In this document: one piece after another, positions 56,328-63,626 of the stretch
How the letters are laid out: each line of letters opens with the position of its first letter
How positions within the stretch are numbered: position 1 is the first letter of the stretch
Virus record (IMG/VR): IMGVR_UViG_3300023179_000017
Location: 88,711 to 152,336 of that record
DNA length: 63,626 bases
Strand: one strand, 5' to 3'
From: a virus
Notes under the pieces: generated by a model
What the model was told of the DNA's origin: nothing
Seen by the model: only the letters and a program-made list of their open reading frames with translations
Databases searched by the model: none
Translations under genes and position numbers: made by a program

Positions 56328-56914
56328 TTTTTACTCCTTTGGTTTTTCGTTTAGGTTTTCCTTGAAGCCATAACTCAAAAGCTTCGTTGTATTTCTTTTT
56401 ATCAAGCATACGGTATTCTATCGTCTCTCGTTTTGTCTTGTAATTTGTGCGCGTCTGAATCAAATAAGGTGACTTTCTAGATTTCTTTATTTTTTTCAAA
56501 TGCTTAACAATTATTGGAACCGCAAGGCCAGCAAGGTAGGCAAGGTCCAGAAGGTTCCGCCAGTTTTCGTCTAACATAACCTGATTTATTCTCTCACTTT
56601 GCTTCTCTTCTATTTCTTTTAAATTCATGACATCACCCTAGCTAGAACGGGTTTATTCATGCTAAAGCAGACAAGTCTTTTTTTATATCCGTTACCGATA
56701 TTGATAGCGTTGAAAAAGAAGACGGCTCGTCCGAGCTCGCCTGTAAAAGAGTATTTGGTTTTGTAGGCAGATTTCTTGTATCCCACTTGTACTTCAAATA
56801 GCGATTGATTTGAGTACGCAATCTTTTTGCCGTCTAGCTCGGCTTCTTTTAGTTTAATTGGTTCCATTGGGTCCTCCTTTAGAATAGGACCCCGAGAGAA
56901 CCCGGGGCCCCCGA

Positions 56915-57592
56915 TCAAATAAGACCGTCTGCGTTTTCCCTAACTTCTGTTGAGTTAGGGATTTTGCTGACCAGTCGTGGTTTTGTAGCAAGGCCCATCT
57001 TGGAAAGGCTAACTAGCCAGAACCGAGAGGCTTGAATACCTTGCTTTCTTCTTTGAACCGTATGTCGGTGTCGGTCGTGTTTTACAATCACCCCAGAAGA
57101 AATGAGCTGATTGCCAACCGAGGTCATAGAGCCAGTAATGTGACCTGTGACGTTTTTCTTTACCACCTCAATTACCCGTTCAGGCATGAGGTAGGCGTGG
57201 TCTGGGTCATCTTGTGGATCTACGAACCCGACCATTTCGGCATTAGGTTCATCGAAGTTGGCAAGACCCTGAATGCGGGCCTTACCTGCTACCAGAAGCG
57301 CAATGAGATTACTCAAGAATACGTTTCCGGCTTGCTCGTCAGAGCATCTAACAACCATGAGTCCTTTGACATCTTGGATATATGCCCAGCACTCATCAAG
57401 AAGCGTTTTTGATTCTTTGTTCTGAATAATACCTTTGTATTCTAGGAACTGAATAAAGAGCTGCCAGCCTGTGTAGGCAAGGCTTAGGTTATTACAGATA
57501 CGAGAATCGTTAGTTTGGTTATTTACTTCTGCCTGTAACTCTTCTCTAACATCTGCAAGCCTTTTGATGATCTCAGACTTATCCAGTTGAAG
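56915..57592 (-). CDS. C-terminal part of primase-helicase (frame reached by a -1 shift)
   Basis: open frame LQLDKSEIIKRLADV... continues without stop into ORF 56915..57358. Confidence 0.65.
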   Translation of the reverse strand, partial: LQLDKSEIIKRLADVREELQAEVNNQTNDSRICNNLSLAYTGWQLFIQFLEYKGIIQNKESKTLLDECWAYIQDVKGLMVVRCSDEQAGNVFLSNLIALLVAGKARIQGLANFDEPNAEMVGFVDPQDDPDHAYLMPERVIEVVKKNVTGHITGSMTSVGNQLISSGVIVKHDRHRHTVQRRKQGIQASRFWLVSLSKMGLATKPRLVSKIPNSTEVRENADGLI

Positions 57593-60195
57593 AACCAGTG
57601 AATGTAGTGTGGAGTAACGCCTCTGTAGTTATCAGAGTGCACTCGACACTGTTCCCAAGCACTTCGGCTTTTCATTTGGTCTACCTTCGGATAGGCAATC
57701 AGAATAAGTCGACCAATGAAAGAAGCTTCGTTCTCTGGTGTTAGTTCGCCTGTCATTATGTACAAGCTTCGGTTTACTTTAGCGCCTCGTTGTTTTCCTT
57801 CTTTGGTGAGAGCACCTCTAACGGAATACTCGTAAGCGTTGTGAACCGTATTGATGACGTTTGTCGTTTGAGACAGGTTGATAGCTTTATAGTCGTCCGC
57901 CATGAGGAGCGCATCTCGGAACATATATCCGTAATCGGTCATACTGTTTCCGGTCGTTCTCCAGTTAGCGGGGCCTTTAAAGTCACCCCAGAATCTTTGA
58001 AGCATTTTCGCAAGCTCCGTTTTACCGTAGCCGCTGGTTCCTTCTAGCCATAGGACGGGACGGAACTCCAGTCCCAAGTAAGAGATAAGCCCCGCCATCA
58101 TGGAGTGGCCCATTCCCACCATTGCAGGTCCTCTGGGAAATGCTTGAAAGAAATCCCTCTTAAAGTGAAGAAGGGTTTCTGTTAACTCACTGTCAGACAG
58201 CAACTTAAAGTCTAGGTTGCTTGCATGGTCTTTGTCTCTGATATCGACAGGTTTGGAAGTGTTTGGTTTTACTCCCTCTTTGTCGACTAGGACTGAAGGC
58301 ATGAGATAGCTTCCGTCATACCATCCTTGTGTACCATAGAACACGGTTCGTTTTCTTCTTGCCGTGTGACTATCGTGCTCCATGACGGCTTGTCTTAGTA
58401 AAGGCAAGTCGGATGGAAGGATGTTAAATGAGGAGCCGCCAATCTGACTAAAGAAGACGAGCATTTCGGAAGTATCCCACCAAGTTCGTTCAGGTATTTC
58501 AAACTGTACCTCTCGGTCTTGGCTTCGATACTTTCCTACAAATGTCAGCGACTTCTTTTTATTGTCATCAATCACTGAGCGTTCTTCTTCTATGTAGATA
58601 TCAAACGTAGCAAAGGTTCTTACTTCTTCGCTATTTCCTTTGCCTGGCTTAATGACGGCATAACCGTGTGGATGAATCTTTTGGTAAAGATTACTTCCCA
58701 CAGCAATGATGTCGTCTCTTTTCTTAGCGGTATCGGCAAACTCTTTTTCCTTTTCAGCTTTGGCTTCCTTAAACATTTTTGCCAAATCGCTCTTCTTAAT
58801 AAGTTTCAAAGAGTCGATTTTGTTCTTTAAGAAAGCTTGCTGATTAGAATCAAATACGGTTGCCCGCTTAGTTAAGTCAGCAAGGCGTTGTGGAATGTTT
58901 GCTTCCGGCTCGTTCTTTAGGTCTTCGACTTCTTTGATGAGTTTAGCTAGGTAGTCCTCGCCTGATCCAAACGCATAGCGAATGGGGCTTGGTTCTGGCC
59001 ACTCACTTTCAGGTAAGTCGTTTCTAACTGTAACAACGCCGTCCACACGTTCGATAGGTGGTTTCTTATTAAAGCACTTTGTTCCTTTGACGCAGACGCC
59101 GACTTCTTGGAGCTTCTTACAAGTCCAAGGAGCGTAGTCTTTGTCGATAGACTGTTGGAGCTGTTTTAAATCAGCGTCCGATTTTGCCCATCCAGGAACA
59201 TTCTTTTGAAACCACTCAAGCCCGTCTGAAGTGTGCATTGCCATGTGGAACATTGCCATCCCCTCAAAGTGGGAAGGCTGGATTCCAGTAAGGCATTTGT
59301 CTTTTAGATTTCTAAAAGCCTGACACCCTTCTAGGACTTTTTCATAAGAGCCGCTCAGTGGTGGTTGCCATTTAGTTCTTTTGTTAGTGTTCTTCTTTCC
59401 TACAAGGCCACTGACTTCGGCTACCTTAATTCCTTCTTTCTCCATCACGCGGTTTAATTCTTCTTGTGTGATGACAGGAATTTTTGAAAGGTATTCCCAC
59501 TGCTCGATAATCACTTGATTGCTATCATCGACAAAGCAATTCTTTCCCTTAGAAAAGTTAGGCTCAATCATAGGCGGCTTGATACCGTTTCCGATACCGC
59601 TTGTGATGCGTAACTGTTTTGGGAATATTTCTGGAACTGCTTTTAGTCCCTGATGAACAATGTTGATGATTCCGGCTTTATCGAGAAGGTCCATTGCAAA
59701 GGCATGGAACTTCTCAGATGGGATACCTTCGGAAAAGAAGAAGTACAGGTGAAACCCAGCTCCTGTGCTTCTTGCAATTCCATAAGGTACTTTCATTCGC
59801 CTTGCGATGCTGGCTACTCTCTTCACATCATCGAACGTATATCCAATCTCTTCTTTACCTGGCTTCATGTCGAAGTCGATAGCCCCAAAACGGGTGGTAC
59901 CGTCTTCATGAAGTAAGTAAACGAGTTGGGATTCTTCTCCTGTGATGTGTTTTATAACTGTGTCTTCTGATACAGGTGTGTAGACCCTGATTTCACAAGC
60001 AGAGCAAGGAATGCCATCTTTAAGTCGGATATGGCAGTTGGGTTTCCAATAGTTGTCGCAAACAGGGTTGTAGCCGCGTTTAACGGTTCCATCCTCAGTT
60101 GTGTGCTCCCATTGCCGACCATAGACATCCCGTCGGCCATGGAAGCGAGACATGAATAGCCTCGCTTTTTCTTTAATGTTCATTGTTTCCCCCAC
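57523..60195 (-). CDS. AEP-type primase fused to a PriL-like Cys cluster and a P-loop helicase
   Basis: GAIDFD, RSTGAGFHLYFFF, EIFPKQ AEP motifs; CQAF...PWTC...C...C; Walker A GTSGYGKT, Walker B MADD (true start probably 60183). Confidence 0.8.
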   Translation of the reverse strand: MGETMNIKEKARLFMSRFHGRRDVYGRQWEHTTEDGTVKRGYNPVCDNYWKPNCHIRLKDGIPCSACEIRVYTPVSEDTVIKHITGEESQLVYLLHEDGTTRFGAIDFDMKPGKEEIGYTFDDVKRVASIARRMKVPYGIARSTGAGFHLYFFFSEGIPSEKFHAFAMDLLDKAGIINIVHQGLKAVPEIFPKQLRITSGIGNGIKPPMIEPNFSKGKNCFVDDSNQVIIEQWEYLSKIPVITQEELNRVMEKEGIKVAEVSGLVGKKNTNKRTKWQPPLSGSYEKVLEGCQAFRNLKDKCLTGIQPSHFEGMAMFHMAMHTSDGLEWFQKNVPGWAKSDADLKQLQQSIDKDYAPWTCKKLQEVGVCVKGTKCFNKKPPIERVDGVVTVRNDLPESEWPEPSPIRYAFGSGEDYLAKLIKEVEDLKNEPEANIPQRLADLTKRATVFDSNQQAFLKNKIDSLKLIKKSDLAKMFKEAKAEKEKEFADTAKKRDDIIAVGSNLYQKIHPHGYAVIKPGKGNSEEVRTFATFDIYIEEERSVIDDNKKKSLTFVGKYRSQDREVQFEIPERTWWDTSEMLVFFSQIGGSSFNILPSDLPLLRQAVMEHDSHTARRKRTVFYGTQGWYDGSYLMPSVLVDKEGVKPNTSKPVDIRDKDHASNLDFKLLSDSELTETLLHFKRDFFQAFPRGPAMVGMGHSMMAGLISYLGLEFRPVLWLEGTSGYGKTELAKMLQRFWGDFKGPANWRTTGNSMTDYGYMFRDALLMADDYKAINLSQTTNVINTVHNAYEYSVRGALTKEGKQRGAKVNRSLYIMTGELTPENEASFIGRLILIAYPKVDQMKSRSAWEQCRVHSDNYRGVTPHYIHWFFNWISLRSSKGLQMLEKSYRQK

Positions 60196-61985
60196 ATATC
60201 TAGCAAGAGCTGATCTGGATCAATCAGCTTTTGTTGGTTCCGATTCTTTAATTGCAGTACTTCGTATATGGCGGTGTCGATAGAGTTCTTACACAGTAGG
60301 TAGTAAACAAACATGGGATTTTTTTGCCCTGCTCGTTCAATTCTTTTAATCGACTGATAGTTGTCTTCAGCACTATGGTCGATTGAAAAGAACACCATGT
60401 AATGCGCCATTGTAAAAGTAATTCCGTGAGCTGCGGATTTAGGATGTAGTATTGCAATCCTCACTGAATTATCTTTGATAAAGGAATTGATGTTTTCCAT
60501 ATTCCTTTTTGAAGTGTTACCTCCATATACAGAAACTGCGTTGTGGTGCTTATACCTATCTTCTATCAATCTTATTTCCCACTGATACTGCGCATAGATG
60601 ACTACTTTTTTATCGATTCCTATTTCGTCTTCGATAAGAGAGTCAAGCTCTGTTAGTTTTGGATTATTTGGCAGAGGGTGCGCTTCTTCTAAGTGGTCGA
60701 TAATAAAGCCGCTAGTGATTTGTCTAAGCTTCATGATTTGGGCCACACGAACAGGAGCCGTGATACGCTGGTCGTCAATAACGACTCGTAAGCGTTCCTT
60801 CATATCCAAGTAGTGTTTCTTCTGCTCTGAGTCCATATCAAGCATACGCCGAATCGTTGTGAGTTCGGGCATGTCTTGAAGGTGGTCTCTAAGCCTTGCT
60901 CTAAAAGAAGCTGGGTTAATAATCGAAGATACTTTTTCAATCGCATCTGATTTAGGCACCCATTTTTTTGGAGTCTTGTATGTCATGGGCCGGTTTCTCA
61001 GTTCTTTAGGCCGCATGTCAACTACTTGCATATAGCTACTTTGAAAATCGTTGTAGGTCGGCTCTAAAAAAATACCGTCCGGATCTAAAAAGTAGAATTG
61101 GCCCCACAAGTTGTGTGGTCCGTTTGGTGCTGGTGTTCCGCTCATGATGACTCGCCAGTCTGCATTATGAGCTACCTCTAATAACGCTCTTCCAAACTGC
61201 CCTCCTTTGATGTGCTGATTTAATCCATGAAATCCTTTTAAGATAGTGCTTTCATCAACTACTATTTTTTCAAAGTTCTTTTCTTTTAAGTAGTCTTTAA
61301 AAACACGAAGGCCGTCATGGTTAATTAAGAACACATCGGCATCAGAGTTTAGCTTGTCCAAGATTTTTTCCGTTCGCTTTTTACCGCTAGGTTCCCAAAG
61401 GGTTACGACTTTTAAGTCAGTAAACTTTTGAGCGTCTTCCATCCAACCAGATTCCAGAGTGGCGAGCTTGGCACAGATAAGAGTTTTTCCTCTTTGGATA
61501 ATCCCATCTTTGATGTGCTGTTCCGTAGAGGTCAGCACAATATAGGTTTTACCCATTCCGCAGTCTGCAAACAACGCAGCACGTTTTATATTTTTTAGAA
61601 ATACAACGGCTCTGTGTTGGTACTCTGCAAGTGGTGGTAACTTGTAGTTGTACGTTGGAAGCCTTTCTATAGGCAATTGTTTTATTTTAAGTGATCGCTC
61701 AACCATGTCATTGATTTCTTCTTGACGCTTTAGTAGTCGAGCAATTTCTGGAGTTTGCGGTATTGCGACATTAGGAAATTGTTGTTGTAGTCGTCTTAGA
61801 TTTTGAACACTGATATTAAGTAAAAAAGCACAGGCTCGTTTGCTGTGCCGCGCATATCCTTTTAAGTGTTTCCAGTGATGCACCACATCGCTTGGAAATA
61901 TGACACTTCTTGGATCTGCGCCTGGAGGAAGCTGCCCATCCCAATTAAGGACAAGGCAGTCCTTCCAAGTCGATACTGTGTTCAT
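60180..61985 (-). CDS. SNF2-family helicase
   Basis: DCGMGKT, VVDES, SGTP, LRQI, HGIT, Q...RIERAGQ. Confidence 0.9.
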   Translation of the reverse strand: MNTVSTWKDCLVLNWDGQLPPGADPRSVIFPSDVVHHWKHLKGYARHSKRACAFLLNISVQNLRRLQQQFPNVAIPQTPEIARLLKRQEEINDMVERSLKIKQLPIERLPTYNYKLPPLAEYQHRAVVFLKNIKRAALFADCGMGKTYIVLTSTEQHIKDGIIQRGKTLICAKLATLESGWMEDAQKFTDLKVVTLWEPSGKKRTEKILDKLNSDADVFLINHDGLRVFKDYLKEKNFEKIVVDESTILKGFHGLNQHIKGGQFGRALLEVAHNADWRVIMSGTPAPNGPHNLWGQFYFLDPDGIFLEPTYNDFQSSYMQVVDMRPKELRNRPMTYKTPKKWVPKSDAIEKVSSIINPASFRARLRDHLQDMPELTTIRRMLDMDSEQKKHYLDMKERLRVVIDDQRITAPVRVAQIMKLRQITSGFIIDHLEEAHPLPNNPKLTELDSLIEDEIGIDKKVVIYAQYQWEIRLIEDRYKHHNAVSVYGGNTSKRNMENINSFIKDNSVRIAILHPKSAAHGITFTMAHYMVFFSIDHSAEDNYQSIKRIERAGQKNPMFVYYLLCKNSIDTAIYEVLQLKNRNQQKLIDPDQLLLDMWGKQ

Positions 61986-62210
61986 TGTGTTCTCCCTATG
62001 CGTCTAAGTAATCTCGATGACCTAGCTCTGCAGTTAGGTCATCAGATAAATATTCGTGTAAGTCCAAATCAAGTCCAAGGTTATCTGCGACAAAGAATTC
62101 TTTTAGAAACTCTCTGGAACAGTTTTCAATCACTTGGGCTAAGAATGTTCTTACTTGGTCTGGGTGCTCTTCGCACATATATTCTGATAGTCTGTTCATG
62201 ATTTTTTCCT

Positions 62211-62768
62211 TTACTTTGCGGCATAAAGCCTTAGTACGTTTTTCGCTGGGTTATACTCGCATAGCTGCACTGAGCATTTGTCGCACTCTTTTTGTCCACC
62301 GCTTAGTTGTCTAACTTTTTCATTGTCAGACAATGACGCGCATCGATTGCAGATGTGCTTGCCATCGATAGTGCGTGTGCAGTGTGCAAGAATGCCGCAG
62401 TCATCGCAGCCATACTTTTCCATCTTTTCTACTTTGATTGTGTGAGGCGGAACAAACATGCCTCTTACAATCGCTGCTCTTAAGAAGTAGATATCATCTC
62501 CTTGCACCATCTCTCTTGTTTCAGTGAGTTCGTACATGTGGTCTGACTGGCCTTTCTTCCAATCAAACCCAAATAGTTTTACAAAGTACTCTTTGCCAGC
62601 ATTGGTTGTTGTAAGCCACTCAAGCATTGCAGAAACAAAAGCTGCTGCAGTTGAGTGGTCTGGGTGGATATCTAGTTCTTCAAGTCTATTGAGGATCTGA
62701 TTCACTACTGTTGGGTCTGGGGGTTGCAGGTAACGCATTGATATCTCCTCCGCTTTTAATGTAGTCAT
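62211..62768 (-). CDS. hypothetical protein with Cys-rich C-terminal domain
   Basis: CDDCG...C...HICNRC...C..C...C..NP. Confidence 0.55.
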   Translation of the reverse strand: MTTLKAEEISMRYLQPPDPTVVNQILNRLEELDIHPDHSTAAAFVSAMLEWLTTTNAGKEYFVKLFGFDWKKGQSDHMYELTETREMVQGDDIYFLRAAIVRGMFVPPHTIKVEKMEKYGCDDCGILAHCTRTIDGKHICNRCASLSDNEKVRQLSGGQKECDKCSVQLCEYNPAKNVLRLYAAK

Positions 62769-63156
62769 CTACTATTTTTGCTAAGTCGCCGATGGACCTA
62801 GCTAGTGATGTGATTTGTTTTATTGCATTGGGTTTAGTGTTTGAGACTAATAAGTTTTGAACTACAAGCAGCGCATCTGAGACGGCTGCTACTTTTAATT
62901 CATCAGGACATAGCCGAAACCAGTTTTTGATGTTGATTTTGTTCTTAGCTATTAGCTCTTCTTTTGCTCTGTCGTTCTTAAGTTCTTTGTGTGCCGCAGC
63001 TTCGATATCTTTGGCTTGCAGGGTGATGTAGTAGCACTCCTCAAACAAGTCTTTAAGTACTTTCGCTGGGTTGTAGCCACAAGCAGAACAGGGGTAGCTT
63101 GTGCTAAGTTCTTGACCGCACTGGCTACAAAAATCGACGCTCTTTACTTTTGCCAT
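62686..63156 (-). CDS. zinc-ribbon protein
   Basis: CSQCG...CSACG. Confidence 0.55.
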   Translation of the reverse strand: MAKVKSVDFCSQCGQELSTSYPCSACGYNPAKVLKDLFEECYYITLQAKDIEAAAHKELKNDRAKEELIAKNKINIKNWFRLCPDELKVAAVSDALLVVQNLLVSNTKPNAIKQITSLARSIGDLAKIVDDYIKSGGDINALPATPRPNSSESDPQ

Positions 63157-63189
63157 AGAATGTCTCCTAAGATAATATTGTCTAACGGT

Positions 63190-63198
63190 CTTATACCC
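63190..63198 (-). promoter_or_regulatory. GGGTATAAG box at the head of the helicase/primase operon
   Basis: CTTATACCC in the divergent intergenic gap. Confidence 0.55.
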
Positions 63199-63212
63199 AT
63201 ATTGGAGGACAC

Positions 63213-63626
63213 ATGAATATTAAAACGAACGCCCCTGTGCGGGGGTCTTTTGGAATACCGCCTGAAATGCAAGAAGCCATGAATAAAAAACAGGAAAAGA
63301 AAGAACCTGTTTCGGCTCCTATCCCACCAGCCGCTGAAGAAGTGGCACCTAAAGAACCAATACCCAAAGAAGCAATTACCAATGCCTCAGTCGACGATTC
63401 TGATCCGATTCGGATTTTAGAAAGACTCGGCGGCAAATTTGATAATGACGATTTTCAAAAGCTTTTGTTCAAAGGCTACTACGAGACAGAACTCGATGTA
63501 GTGAAGGGAAGATTTAGAGCTACGTTTAGAACTTTGACTGGAGCTGAGTACGATGAAGTGGATGAGCTCTTAGCTTTGGAAGTAAAAAATACGGAGATGA
63601 CAAACGACGGTTTTATGGCGAGACGG
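63213..63626 (+). CDS. possible tail/baseplate assembly chaperone (truncated by window end)
   Basis: RBS GGAGG, ATG 63213; F..TFRTLTG.E pattern; open to the window edge. Confidence 0.4.
   Translation, partial: MNIKTNAPVRGSFGIPPEMQEAMNKKQEKKEPVSAPIPPAAEEVAPKEPIPKEAITNASVDDSDPIRILERLGGKFDNDDFQKLLFKGYYETELDVVKGRFRATFRTLTGAEYDEVDELLALEVKNTEMTNDGFMARR

Noticed and set aside
1-63626. Alternative genetic code (stop-codon reassignment)
   Set aside because: Long conserved genes are intact under the standard code, and TAA, TAG and TGA all terminate genes at sensible positions
1-63626. tRNA, rRNA, reverse transcriptase or diversity-generating retroelement
   Set aside because: No cloverleaf or T-loop signature in the intergenic gaps, no YxDD reverse transcriptase ORF, and differences between duplicated genes are not adenine-specific

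Overview
This window is a 63.6-kb segment of a large (probably jumbo) myovirus-type dsDNA bacteriophage, about 40% GC, read with the standard genetic code. No tRNA, rRNA or CRISPR array was seen. A + strand virion block (about 8.5-32 kb) encodes an intein-containing prohead protease, scaffold/core proteins, a decoration protein, the major capsid protein, neck proteins, tail sheath and tail tube. Minus-strand blocks encode replication and recombination genes (family A DNA polymerase, beta clamp, SSB, AEP primase-helicase, SNF2 helicase, Rad50-like ATPase, Cas4-like nuclease, resolvase, dNMP kinase, YhaM-like nuclease, DnaJ), many of them downstream of a recurring GGGTATAAG box. The strongest unexplained signal is a protein-level address code. 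About ten otherwise unrelated late genes carry the motif F-[FWLI]-x-G-F-x-K-x-A, and head proteins are punctuated by K-x-A sites that fall at domain boundaries. This suggests a capsid-targeting signal plus protease-processed polyprotein cargo (Nudix, ADP-ribosyltransferase-like, J-domain-like and membrane modules), including a 21-aa gene that is little more than the signal. A second signal is an array of small, mostly membrane-peptide gene cassettes (50.4-52.9 kb), where five spacers carry co-varying hairpins with a conserved AUGGU loop and traces of recombination. A candidate replication origin lies at about 49.6-49.9 kb. All functional calls come from motif recognition by eye; no database search was run.
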